A stretch of DNA of 64,000 nt, taken from contig OX597829.1 in NCBI GenBank assembly GCA_951406725.2, forward strand, positions 42,284,001 through 42,348,000, written 5' to 3'. Positions within the stretch are counted from its first letter, which is position 1. Each line of letters starts with the position of its first letter. This document shows, in pieces, positions 42,854-56,502 of the stretch. The notes under the pieces are model-generated. The model did no database searches, was not told where the DNA came from, and was given only the letters and a program-made list of their open reading frames with translations. The position numbers were made by a program, and so were the translations under genes. The DNA is from Octopus vulgaris. Lineage: Eukaryota.

Positions 42854-43872
42854 AGTAGAGGAAAAATAAACAACAAAAGGAAAATGGAAGGCTCGAACCA
42901 GCAAAAGCAGAGCGAGCCGAGACCAAAAGAAAAGATAAATTAAAAAAACAGCAAAGAGAGACTGATCGAGGATGGCGGAGAGGGTGACGAACAGAGAATA
43001 GCTGCACTATACAGCAAAAACGAATATTTAATGCGGGAAATAAAAACTTTCGTGACCTGGACAAGTTCCTGGCCATGTCGCTTTCGCTTGTACTGTTAGG
43101 AGCCTTTAACACAATATGTCACGCACACACAGTTTGTGTTGGCTCGAACATAAACAAAAAATTGTAACCCAGGTTTACGGGATCTGCTAAGTCACTTTCA
43201 TCTAGCAGATCCATATAGGTTGGAACACCCGAACATTCCTCAGTGAACGTGGTCAAATAGTGACGGGTCTTCCAGAACATATCTAGATAGGATTTTAATT
43301 AGAGAAACAGATAAGTCCATAGCCGAGTTCCACAGTTTTTCTAGTCAGCTACAGTAACCATAAGATGGTTACCTGTAAATTGACGGTAGATAAGTTGCAT
43401 AGTCAGGGATCTGGCTACTGGGAACTCAATACGTCCTTTTTGACGATTGAGGAGTACATAAAGCGGATCAAAATGTTAATACAGAGGGCAGTAACAGGTA
43501 TCATCATTAATAACAAATGGTGGTACGCCCTAAAAAGAGCCATCACTTATGAGTCTATTAGGTTTAGCATAAGTTTAGCTAAGAATAGGAGATGATCTAG
43601 TTAAGGAACTAGAAGAAGCCTGGAGGACTGGTAATGCAGACCAAGCGAGGGTGAAAAGACTGGAGTTAAACCAGTATCTTTAAGCCCAATACATGGAAAG
43701 TAACCAGCATCATGAAGCCCAACACATGGTAAGTATTGCCAGAGCTAAGTTACGTGCAATGGGAAGTGAAGGAATTAAGGCCGCTGGATGGGCCCGAGTG
43801 GTGGAAGATCGGCAAGGAAATAGTTCCATTATTTGGTCTTTGATGAATCAAAATAGTGTCTTGGTAAACAAA
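41767..43872 (+). mobile_element. 5' part of the same Tx1/L1 element in copy B (RT deleted)
   Basis: Matches 4020-6256, then keeps a post-endonuclease linker (GSGYWELN...WWYALKRAI) that copy A lacks, then joins a Dong 3' UTR. Confidence 0.85.
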
Positions 43873-44092
43873 CCCTGAATAAGGGTTGTTTAAGGATGTT
43901 GAACGAAACACCCATGTTTCCAGAGGTGAATTATTCAAATCCCAAAGAATCTCTTTCAGCTCTACGGCATGATGCTCCCCCACTACTTCTGCTCATGATC
44001 AGAGATGTACATATCATCAGCCACTAAGGGACATGCTCAAATGGTTAAGGTCAAACAACTGACAAGCAAATTTGAGGTTTTGAGCAGAATTA

Positions 44093-44159
<67 letters not shown>

Positions 44160-44161
44160 CA

Positions 44162-44224
<63 letters not shown>

Positions 44225-45603
44225 TATGTTTGACTTTTGCTTTATATTTGTACAAGTTGACTCCAAGCCTTAGCCAGAGACCTCAAGAGACAACAGGCTG
44301 GAAGTTCACGTTGTTGTTATGCCTAGTGTGCCATATATTTGGGGTTTCTTTGGTGTTCTACTAGTGAATGTCTAATAAAAAATTTTTTTAATAAATAAAT
44401 AAAATTGTTTGTTATAAACCTTGAGATTACATAGAAAGTATTTTGCGTAGGATATGAGCAGTTCCCATGAGCACTATCTTTTGAATTTCTGCCATTTTGG
44501 GGTTTCCTGGTATCTGAGTTAAGTAGCAATCAGCCCCTTTCGCTATCATCCCCAGGGCACCTATGACAACAGGTATTGTTTTAGTCTTCAGGGTCCACAT
44601 TTTGCTGATTTCTATTTCAAGATCTTTATATTTGCTCAGTTTTTGGTAGGGCTTGACAGATACGTTTATATCGATTGGGATAGTCATATCAATGAAGAGG
44701 CATGTTCTTTGTCTGAAGTCTTTCAATATGATGTCTGGCCTATTTGACTCTATCTTTCTGTCAGTTTGATTGGTGAAGTTATAGAGGAGTGAGATGTGAT
44801 CATTTTCAAGCACTGGAGGTGGTTTGTGTTCCCACCAGTTTTTTTCATGGGGCAAATCCAGGTTTTTGCAAATTACCCAGTGAATATATTGTGCAGCTCT
44901 ATCATGCCTGTTGAGATACTCTGTAGGCGCTAGAAGACTGCACTTGGAGACAACATGATCAATGGTTTAATTTTGTTGTTGACATACACAACATGTTGGG
45001 CTACTGCCGTTCTTTAATATGTTGGTCTGGTAGTTTCTTGTTGGTAAGCATTGATCTTGAGTTGCTCTGATAAACCCCTCTGTTTCAGATTTTAAGCCAG
45101 AGGCCATTAGACATTCTGCTGGTCAAGGTAAACGTTAGATGTTTCTGTCATTTTTCCTTTGATAAAGGTAGCTTTTGCACATTTATCGAGGCCAAATTGC
45201 ATTCTGATGTCGTCACTGAATTGTTTGACAATCGCTAGTAAGCCCTTGAGTTGTTGGTCATTTTTTGCAAAGAGCTTTAAATCATCCATGTAAATGAGAT
45301 GATTTATATTTTTATCAAACATTTTATATCCGTACTGCGAGTCATTGAGCAGTTTTGAGAGAAGTATTAAGGCTAAACAAAAGAGGAGTGGTGATAGTGA
45401 GTCACCCTGGAAAATGCCACAGGAAATTTTTACATCACCAGCATTTAGAGATTCATTGTCACTGTTCAAATTTAGTGTGGTTCTCCATGATCTCATACTT
45501 ACAATCAAAAAGTTTCGCAGAGTAGGTGCTATATTATATTTCCAGGCATTTCTTAATCGATCTACGTGGTAGGCTATCAACTTATAATTATTATTATTAT
45601 TAT

Positions 45604-45683
<80 letters not shown>

Positions 45684-45747
45684 TAATAATAATTATAATA
45701 ATAATAATAATAATAATTATTATTATTAATATTATTATCATTATTAA

Positions 45748-45844
<97 letters not shown>

Positions 45845-46798
45845 TAGTATTATTTTTTTATCGTGCCTAATCACCTACTATGATAGGAATTGTTTCTGTT
45901 TTTAGATTCCACATTCTGGTTATCTCTATTTCCAGGTCTTTGTATTTTGAAAGTTTCTCCATTTCTTTTAGAGACACGTTGTCATCTGCCGGTATTGATA
46001 CATCAATTAGAAAGCATTTTTTTTCTTCATGATCTTTGACAACTATATCTGGTCTGTTAGCCTTAATTTCTCTATCTGTGTGTATCGGCATATCCCAGAG
46101 AATGGTTGCTTTCTCGTTTTCTGTGACCTTTTCTGGTGTGTGCCTATACCATCTTTTTTTCTGTTGTTATTCCATAATGCTGGCATAGTTTCCAGTGTAT
46201 GTAGGTTCCAGCTCTGTCATGTCTGTGAATATATTCCTTCTTAGCCAGGATTGGGCAGCCAGAGATAATATGATTTAATCTTTCTTGTCCATCTCCACAT
46301 ATTCTGCAGTTACTTGTTATATTTCTTTTCATTACATGTTTTTGGTAATTTCTGGTGGGGAGATTTTGGTCTTGTGCTGCAATTAAAAATTCCTCTGTCT
46401 CTGCTTTGAGTCCTGAGCTTCTCAACCATTGCTGGGATTTTTCTTTGTCTATTTCTTTTGCGTTTAGTTTAGTCCTGTATTTACCATAAAGGGGCTTTTC
46501 TTGCCATCGTTTTATCATGGTTCGTTGCTGTTCTATTTTTAGTTTGGATTTCATTTGTTTTATAGTTTTTGTTGTTTCTTCATCTTCTTCTTCTTCTTCA
46601 TATTTATTAGGTGGTATGATTTCTTGTTTGTATTTGTCAGCTTCCTTAAATACTGAGAACAGTTTATTGTTTTGCTCGTGTTTTGCCGCTATTTGTATCA
46701 GTTATCCTTCCTTCTGAAGAAGATATTTTTGAAGTCCTATGGTGGTTATTTTATAGTAGTTTTCCAGCTGTATCAGGCATCTACATTAACAATATTAT

Positions 46799-46886
<88 letters not shown>

Positions 46887-46932
46887 GCTATTATTATAAT
46901 TATTGTTGTTATTATTATTATTATTGTTATTA

Positions 46933-47013
<81 letters not shown>

Positions 47014-48145
47014 GTTTGATAAGGCGATGAGTATCCCAGATCGTTAATAATCCGGGAAAAAGGCTTAGCGGCATTTCGTCCGTCTTTGCATTCTGAGTTC
47101 AAATTCCGCCAAGGTCGACTTTGCCCTTCATCCATTCAGAGTGGATAAAAATAAATTCCAGCTGATCATTGGGGTCGATGTAATCGACTAGTTTTCTCCC
47201 CCAATATTTCAGGCTTTGCGCCTGTAATAGAAACGATTATTATTCTTTTTGTTTTACTCAATACATACGTAATTTTACTTCAGTTTTCTAATATTCCATA
47301 CATTAAGCATGTTGACAATCAAATTATCTTTTATTTAACAAGTAGGTGGCAACCCTAACCATTCAGGACACGGCCGTCACTCTGAGAGGTACTTTCAAAA
47401 TACCCGCATCACCTTCTTTGTTATGCTACATTTCACTGCTACCATACATCGATCTTTTCTCGTTTCTTAGATTTATAACGTTTTTATAACTCAGCCATTA
47501 TGCACTGACCGTGTGTCTCTCTCTGTTTTTCTTTTCATCACTTCACTATTTTTTAACATCTATACGTTATCGTGTGTGAAGGCGCATAGCACAGTGGTTA
47601 GAGCGTCGGGCTCACAAGCATGGGGTAGTAAGTTCGAATCCTGGAGCGTACCGTGCGTTGTGTTCTTGCGCAAGACTCTTTATTTCACATTGCTCCAGTT
47701 TACTCAGCTGTAGAAATGAGTTGCGACCTCAGTGGTGCCAAGCTGTATCGGCTTTTACTTTGCATAACATTGGTTGCTTGGAGATGAGAGGCAGGTATGC
47801 ATAGCTGACTGCTGATCTTCTATAAACAACCCTGCCCATTCTTGTGCTTCGGAGGGCAACTTTCCAAGTGCAGTCCCATGGTCATTCATGACCGAAGGGG
47901 TCTTTTTACCCTTCCTTCTTCTACGCGCCATTACTAACTTATCTATTCCTTACTCCGCCAGATTAGAGAGACAAAGTACTGGGGTCTTTGTTATCTACTT
48001 GGCTTCCATTCATCTCAAAATTTCTGCTCTTGTGTTTAAAGTAGATAGAATTACTAGTCACTCCCCACAAATAAATAAACAAATAAATAAATAATCCCTA
48101 AAACGTCAATTTTTGCTTTAACTAACCACTGTCTGATATTCACAG

Positions 48146-48372
48146 GGTAAGACCTGGTACAAGACTATCACACATTGTTACGAGAAAAGGTTAAGAAGTG
48201 CCTACTATCGGTCACCAAACATTTGTCGGCCTATTGGCTCAAGACTGATGAAAATACAAAAGAGATGTTACATGCAGAATTATTTCTGTACTATGGGCTG
48301 GACACACCGCGAGGATCTGTGGCATATATTCAGTGAACCATTAGAAACAGTCAAATCACCTCATTACAGAGC
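48146..48372 (+). CDS. Stanniocalcin-like gene copy B, exon 3
   Basis: CTAAC branch-like motif + CACAG acceptor; 227 nt; phase 0 to 2; reads GKTWYKTITHCYEKRLRSAYYRSPNICRPIGSRLMKIQKRCYMQNYFCTMGWTHREDLWHIFSEPLETVKSPHYR; donor GTAAGT. Confidence 0.85.
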
Positions 48373-50431
48373 GTAAGTATTTGTTATTTTGGTTGTTGTT
48401 GATGGTGGTGATAGTAATAGAAGAGGTGGTGTTTCATGCAACACTTTTGAAATGTCACCGAAATGATAAGTGCCAGCTTATCACTAAAGGAATTCTGTCA
48501 TCCATTGTATTGTGTTTGCTAAAATCATGCTTGTAGATTTACTATCTTTGCTAATCTTAACTATTTCACTTGCTATTTCCTTTAATCGTGATTCACTGTA
48601 ACCGCGTTTGACATAATGACGTACAAAAGCATTTGCATGTTTCCAGTAGTCCCCTATGTCAGTACAAATTCATTTTTTCCTCACAAATTAGGATTTCGGA
48701 TTTGACCGAATAAGATGATGTGGATGATCGAAGCGGTAATGGAGATAAATGTGGATTGACATGGCTTTGCAAAATAAGCGTCACTATTCTGCCTCCAGAA
48801 AACTTAACTTTTGTGTCTAAAAATTCAACGCTAGTCTTTGAAAAACTAGACGTAAATTTTATGTTGGGCTTAACAGTCACAGAAATGCAAGAAGTCTATT
48901 AAACTATCCTGAATCGTAATTAGCTGGACGTCGGAGTGCATAACGTTGGAAATTTGAGAGGTTATTCCAGGACTTCTTTCCACTTGTGTTAAGGCGTTCT
49001 CTAATGCTTGCCTGGCAAGATTCACGGAATTCTAGTAGTGCTTGTGAACGTCCATCCCGAACTTTATCTGGATACCAATTGGGATTCTTTTCAATCCAAT
49101 TATGCCAGATTCGATAATCATCATTTTTTATTTTTAGTAAACATATGATGTTCTGACTCCTTGTTACTAGTTTTTTCAAAAAATATTCTTTCAGCTTGTG
49201 ACGCCGGACAAACTTAAATAACCCGTGAGCTAGTTTATTCTTGCGGAAATTCTTAGTGCTTGGGCAAAAACTCAGTCCAAGCTCTAAGACTGAGACATCA
49301 TCTGGCGAAAGTTTTAGTTTAGATAAATTTATGACCGACTTATTCTCTAGTGTGATGGTTTTATTCTCAGGCAAGTGGTTTTCAGAGTCTTTTTCTCATT
49401 AGATTGCTGACAACATTTTGGGCTTTGCTCGAAATCTTCACTTAAAACACGGAACCTATTGAGTGATAAAATTTGTTGTGAATGTTCACATGAGAAGTTA
49501 TAACTTTTAGTCGCCTTTCTAAGGGTAATCCATTTCTGGATGGGTGATAGAAAATGTCTTCTGTGGTTTTTGTAGACATTTGAAAAACCTTTACTTTCGG
49601 GAAAGGAACAAATTTATTGTTTTCGAGGCAAAATCTTAAATGTGCTCGCATTTTTGACTGATCAAATAGAAACTTCCCTGGAGCGTTTCCAATGACCAGT
49701 TCAAATGCATACGCCAGGGCAAAAGGGCCACAATCATATGCGCCAACTTGGGGACTAATTATATGAACTTGTTGAATTGTAGGAGTGATGTTTGTTTGTG
49801 GTGAATACAACGTTGATTTTGTGCCATTAGTTCCTGCGAAACTGGTAAATTCAAACTGACATAAATATAAACATCTCCGAAAAAATTGGTTGATAAAACA
49901 AAATGATTGTTCCTGTCGTGTTGAATAAACAGTGTGCGGTGTTGATTGTATGTTAGAAATTCCGTGTGATTATTATTCAGGTCACTGCATGTGCTCCACA
50001 CAGAAATTGTAGAAGCTGCTTAGAGATATTGCTCGCTCTTCTGTTGGTGGCTAAAACCATGTCAATGTAGGGAATCCCTTTCGTATTCAGCGAGTATCTG
50101 AGGGTCGCAAGTGTCTCGCTTCTTAATCTGTACGCTCTGCCGGAGTTGGGTAACAACAAAAAGGCACGAAGCCACGTGCAATCCCCTGACAAATGTCTCA
50201 TCAAATCAGTGCTGAAATGTGGCTTCTTTCTTATGATAAAAAAACGAGTCCACCATTCCAATCCACTTGATTCTCTTAGTCTGGGATGTGTTGCAATATA
50301 GAAAGCAGGTTCCCTACAGTTGCTTTCGCCTTTTCTTGCTTCTGGAATTGGTATTATCCCACCTCTTGCAGAGTTGAATTTGCCTCCAGATTCAAACAGA
50401 GTTAGCATTAGACAATAAAAGCAAACTCTGT

Positions 50432-50498
<67 letters not shown>

Positions 50499-50610
50499 GT
50501 GTCTGTCTATCTATCAGTCTGTCTGATGTCTGCCTATTTGAGTGTGTTTGTCTGAGTGTTATTGACTGAGTGTGTTTGATTAAGACACCAATCTATTTTT
50601 TATATTGTAG

Positions 50611-50716
50611 GATGTGGAAATATTTTGCCAAGTTGGCTGGATTATGCAAATCGCAAGAAGGTGAAAAATTAGCAACATGGATCATTGCCAAGTTCAAGAC
50701 ACTTAAAAGTTTCTAG
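50611..50716 (+). CDS. Stanniocalcin-like gene copy B, exon 4 (terminal)
   Basis: TTTTTTATATTGTAG acceptor; phase 2; reads (A)MWKYFAKLAGLCKSQEGEKLATWIIAKFKTLKSF*; AATAAA at 50793-50798. Confidence 0.85.
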
Positions 50717-51158
50717 TTACTAGGAAGAATTCAAGATTTACTGGCTTGTCGGACTCTGTAGTATAAAAAATAACCAATTAATGATTATGAGAAATAAAGT
50801 TCGATGCCACTTCTGCTAGATCATTGCTATTTTTACTGTTATTATTGTTTGTGTTTCCTTGTTTAACCCCAGGGCAGCCTCGAAACAGTGTTAACTGATG
50901 TTTCAACCGTAACCATCACGAAATGTTTTGTCTTTAAATAGATTTTCTCAAATTTAACAAATATTAGTTGATTTGGTTTTTCGTCCATATTTATTTCGAA
51001 TGTTTATTTGAATAATACAAAGAGAGGAAAATCATTTGAATCAACAAAAATACTATGAACATAATAGTTAAAGCAACAATAAAATAACAACAAAATCAAC
51101 AATAAAATGACAACAAAATCAACAAAATATGATGCTGCTGCTGATGCTGCTGGTGCTG

Positions 51159-51212
<54 letters not shown>

Positions 51213-51217
51213 ATACT

Positions 51218-51264
<47 letters not shown>

Positions 51265-51268
51265 ACTT

Positions 51269-51350
<82 letters not shown>

Positions 51351-52100
51351 CTGCTAAAAGCATGAAAACGACAACATGAATAATTCTTTCTACTATAGTC
51401 ACAAGGCCTGGATTTTGTAGGGAGGGTCACAGTCGATCACATCAACCATAGTACTAAACTGGTACTTTAGTTATCGACACCTAAAGGATGAAATGCAGTC
51501 AGCAGCGATATCACTGCTAGTGATACTCATAGAATCATAGTGAGTAAACAGGCATTATAGTTACACAGACACACACACAAACACACACACACACACTCAC
51601 ACACAAACATATTCATACAAACACACACATACACACACACAAACATTCATATACAAACACACACATATTTGAAGCACAATATACGCATGTATATAATTCG
51701 GTGGTAATCACTAAAAAAATCTCCTTTAGTGGACCAGACCACGAACTACATAGGAAACCAATACGTAGGAGTGTAATGTAGAGTCGTATGCAGTTGTAAT
51801 GCAGTCAACCTAATGAAGGAGGATTATTTCATGAAGAGTATGTAGACTCTAAAGAAAGTCAGGAGGCCTGAGATGAATATATTTATCTCACAACTTGATA
51901 TACATAGGATAACATTCATCTCGCAGTCAACATTATGTAGAAATGATTTATTTTAGTGTATAACATATTACTTTACATGCGTGCATTCGTTTGGATGCTA
52001 TAAAAGAACTGTTGTACATTTTATAAACAAGCCAATGCAGATATCGAAGGCTAGTGCATCCAACATTTTCAGCTCATATATATATATATATTTTTATATA

Positions 52101-52148
52101 CAGTTGAGACCAAAATGTTCTGAACGGCATTATTTTCGTCAGAAAAGT

Positions 52149-52186
<38 letters not shown>

Positions 52187-55100
52187 AAACACACATGCAT
52201 TATGTGTTTTGTTCGTATTTGGATATATGCATATTATTGTGGCGTTTCACATATTTCGACGCCAAACTTGGTCCATTGTTACATGGAGTTATAAAATCTA
52301 GATAAAAACTTATTCAGGTTGGAAGGATGGCAAAGTGGTTGGGAGCCATGCTTAAAATTTCGAAGTATGAATTATTGCTTGTGAGAGGAGAAAGTTTTCT
52401 CCCTAATAATTAAAACATTCACTGATGATGTTTGGGGATTTGGATTTTCAGTAATGCAGAGTTCGCCTCTACTGCTCTGTCCCTTGTATTTGCTGGCCTT
52501 AGCTTTAATGCTTCAGTTTATTTGGGAACTCTCACGTCTCTCTCTTTAAGTGTCTATACCATATTGAATAAAAAATATCTTTTGTTTTTACCTATGAACG
52601 AATCCAAATGTTGCTTATATCTTAATATGAAGGTATTTCCCGTCATACCAATGTAAATTTTTGTTGTTCGGTTCAAATCCGAAATGCTGGACACTACTTC
52701 TTTTTTCTGGCACCTATTCTGAAATTAAAGGATCTTTAGGGTATGTCTCTAACGTTGTTAATTTTGTTGTGGTTGAAAATAATCAACTCTATATTGAGGA
52801 AGCAACTATGGCTAACTTTGACCGTATTTCTATTGAAGATCTTATAGTATTTATGTGATAGAAGTCAGTGGTTGTCTTATAATTTTTCTAGCTGGTCTAT
52901 CTACATTTGGTTCAATATAACTTACTTTACTCTTAAAGCTGAACCTTTCTAATGCACCGATATAATATGGGGAAGCCTTTTTGAAAGTAGCTTTATCAGA
53001 GGATAGGTTGGAAGCACACGACTGATAATATTGCTTGATGACTGACTGTGTGTCGTTAGTATCCTCATTTGGTTTAAATTTATTCATATTAATGTCGAGG
53101 AAATTAACTTATTTAAGGTTAGTGTTATTTGTGGTTTTTAGGTTCAGTTGGCTAAATATTTTGCATAACTTTTCTCTTACTTTATCCATATAGTGTTCGT
53201 ATTTGTTATATTCCACTCCAAGACCTTTAATAATCTCTTTTATTAAAGAACATCTAGAATCTGAAGGCTAACCTGATTTAGTGCCTCTGCACCATCATAG
53301 CTCCTCTTAGTGACCTCAAATAACTGGTCTCATTTTTTCCACAACGGAAATTATTAAAAAAATAATCACTTCCTTGCATTCATTATTATGGCTATATCAG
53401 TATTAGTGACGGTTAAATGTGCTTTTGGAGCAGGTTTTGGAGATCGAGGAGTCAACTCCGCGATAAATTTGTATTTGTACTCGATAAATTTGTATTTGGA
53501 CTTGAATTTTATGGAAACATTCAATTTTCTTGAGCCATGTCGTCTTATCTTCAATTTCTCTGAACATATCCATTGAGTAAAGGTCTGAGGAGCTCTGATG
53601 TGTCGTATGATCTCTAATATAGATTTGTTAATAATGAATAATTCGCTTTTCGTGGGATTTGTCTATCTACAGCTAAGCTTTTGCTTAAAGGTTTTGCCTT
53701 TGTGGTCTTTCAATGTTATAAAATGTTTACGTGGGGTGATATCTTCGATTAGGCTTTTTTGCTTCAACATCGATAAAATTACAAGTCGTAGGGTTCATGT
53801 TCTTATATGGTTTGGTTATATATATGGTTATCTGCCTCATAAACAACTTTCTTGTTTTATCTGCGTTTATAAATTTGTTTGGGGATTTTCCAAAAAGATT
53901 CAAGTTATGTTTGTAATTTGTGTTGGAAGGTGTCAGATCTATGGTTGAATTTGCCACATTAAACTAATTTTATGAGGTGGTGGGTTTTTGTAAGGTCTAA
54001 AACCGTAACTGTCCTGCGAACGAAGACTGGCTTTCATCTTAGGACGTCTTTTTGTTTTATCGATAACATGCTTGGCGTAAACATATGCTCGCTTGTCTGC
54101 CTGCCTGTCTGCCTGTCTTCCTGCTTGCCCGCATGGCTGCCTGTTTGTGTGTCTGTCTGTCTATCAGTGAATCTATCTATCTGACTATGTATCTTCCTTC
54201 ATGTTGTTATTGTTCTTGCAGCAGAAACAGTACCAGTAGTGCTAAATCTTCTCAGCAGCAAGGTACCACCTGAAACCCAACCAACCAGAAATTATCTCAC
54301 AGTCAACCGCCCTAACTTGTTTATTTCACTTGGTGGATTCTTCAAGCATTTAACTCTACAAAGTAACTGGTCAGCATCTGCTGACAAATGTCACAACACA
54401 AGCACGAATTTGGACCTGAAAAAAGTATATCTAAGGTCTATAGATGCTAGGAGATTCCTTGCTAATTACATGCGTGGCTTTCTTTACAGTATGTGACCAC
54501 GAGAGTTCTTGGAAGGATTCTTGATGAGAGAGATGGTATGAATAAGCAGATGTTTTTCACTAGTTGGCGACATACTTCTAGCAGCGGTAAGAAAGAAATC
54601 AGCGAAGACAGCGACAACGCCATATGTGCATTATTGTGTAAGTAAGGCTCATGATATAAGAGATTCTAATATGAGCGACCTGCACCCAACATACAGAATC
54701 ACAGCATGCAAAACGTACATATATACGCTCTTATACATCAATATATACATACTTACAAATATACATACAATTTACGGAGATGTACTTGCATAGCAAGTGA
54801 CTTGATCTGAGGGCGTGTGCTGAAACAAAGACAATTGCAGCCTGGAAGAAGTTTATAAGACATTCAAGAACACACAAAAAACCGTTAGCTTCACTTCAAC
54901 ATTTAAATTTAATTTTTTGTCAAAATAATTTAGTGTGTTTATAAAAACATACATACACATAAATTATTCTTCAAAACTATTAAGCCAGAGCAATATTTTT
55001 TTTCTGGCGAACTATACTCCTCAAATTCATGACACTCACCTCTAGTTAGGAAATGGAATTAAAGAAGGCATTGCAATATTCAAATTTATCGAAGATGTGA

Positions 55101-55411
55101 AAGTGTGAATGAAGCTAAAGGGCTTCACACTAAATATTAAATAATTCCAGTATTATCTGTCATGTTTGATTATTTTGTTATTTTTTTCAACCGTTCTGAT
55201 CATTTTGGCCGCCATGGGTTTTGCAATAAATCACTAAATCATTCATAACTTTTGTATTATCCTCTCAAATTACACCAAAATCTCAGACAATAACAATTAG
55301 TATCGTATTTATTGTCTGTGAAAATTATAGAATATAAAACAACTTTGATAAAAACGTATACGATATTTTCTGACGAAAATAATGCCGTTCGGAACATTTT
55401 GGTCTCAACTG
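52101..55411. mobile_element. 3.3-kb TIR element (Tc1/mariner/pogo-type ends) present only in copy B
   Basis: 46-bp TIRs (CAGTTGAGACCAAAATGTTC...) with 1 mismatch; TA on both sides; no transposase seen. Confidence 0.85.
52330..54050 (-). mobile_element. Penelope-like RT + GIY-YIG remnant of a different subfamily, nested in the TIR element
   Basis: Motifs ADKTRKL, FEVTKRSYDGAE, LSSDKATFKKASPYY, IYIGMTGNTFILRYKQH (52604-52658), ELCITE. Confidence 0.8.
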
Positions 55412-55679
55412 TATATAAATATATATATATATATATAGAATGGTTGTATACTGTCAATCTAACACGAACGTGACAGTCGGGGGGTACACCACCGCTGTTT
55501 AGCCCTAGGAAGCGTCGACGCCTCCTGATGGCTTTGACACATTTCCCCATGTCCTTATATACATTTACGAAGGGGAGACAAATACCCCCAGCCGGCCGGG
55601 CTGCATCTAGGAACACGTGTTTCAGGATGATTGTCCTTCGTCGGCCTAGAGTAGCAGACACCGGTCAGCTGACGATTAA

Positions 55680-56502
55680 ATCTTTATTATAGGCATGAAG
55701 GCCCGAATTAAGAGGGGACATTACAAAACAGGACATGGGGTACATATAATAAAAAAATCGAAAATTATGAAAATGAATTATTTGAAATGAATTAAATGAA
55801 ATGGCTTACGAGCCCCACCAAAACTCGCAGTTCCATTTAAAATACAATTCTGCTCTGCTGGGCGTTCATCTGTAATGTATTCTATTAAATCCTCCTGATC
55901 CACAACAGCCGACAGAGTGTCATAACGTACACAATACAATTCAGAAACAGCAAACTCCAAATTCAATTTCATCATTGTCTCTCCCTCCACGATCGCCGCC
56001 TTCCAATGGTCCGCAAATATTTTTGGGTCCAACTTCACTCTGACTAAACCTTTCCTACCTGGCAACTTCTTTTCCATATCCTTGTCTTTCAGGTATACCA
56101 TCACCGCTTTGAGTTTCTTTCCCTTGGGTCTTCCTCCTTCCTTACATACTTTCAACTGCTCTTCCACTCTTCTGTCCCATTCTTCATCTGCTGTTAATTT
56201 TGCCGGTTCACTTGCTTTCGCTTCTGCATCATTCTCTTCGCACGTTCGATCTTCCATTTCGTCTGTTGTCTTCCTTTTGTTTTTTTTCTTTTTTTGAAAT
56301 TTAGGTGGTGATTCCACCCTCGTTCTCTTTCTATCTTCTGTTCTTTCCTTTTCTTTCTCCAACTCGTCACCACTTTCCACATTATCTGTAGTCTCGATCT
56401 CCTCTGCTATATACGCCTTCCGCCATTCCTCCGCCAAAGCCTCCGGTGTCATCGTTTCCTTTTGTACCTCTCTTAGCGGACACATATCCTTCATGTGGCC
56501 TT
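55680..56502 (-). mobile_element. ORF1-like retroelement fragment ending directly in a LINE/SINE-type tail
   Basis: Open frame 55778..56518 begins at the end of a zinc knuckle (EGHMKDMC) and is charged and low-complexity. After the stop come about 100 bp of UTR and GGGCCTTCATGCCTATAATAAAG. Confidence 0.6.

Larger units (their letters stand above)
38267..55677 (+). repeat. Segmental duplicate B (part alignable to A)
   Basis: Position 38267 matches position 1 (atgacggcg...). Same order of Helitron, SINE, maT, exon, Tx1, Dong, SINE, exon, Penelope, exon and hammerhead unit, with copy-specific indels. Confidence 0.95.

Noticed and set aside
38267-52080. All copies being a pure assembly artefact
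   Set aside because: There are three distinct versions, one inverted, with private indels and very different exons, so at least two loci exist. A and B being alleles cannot be fully excluded without reads.
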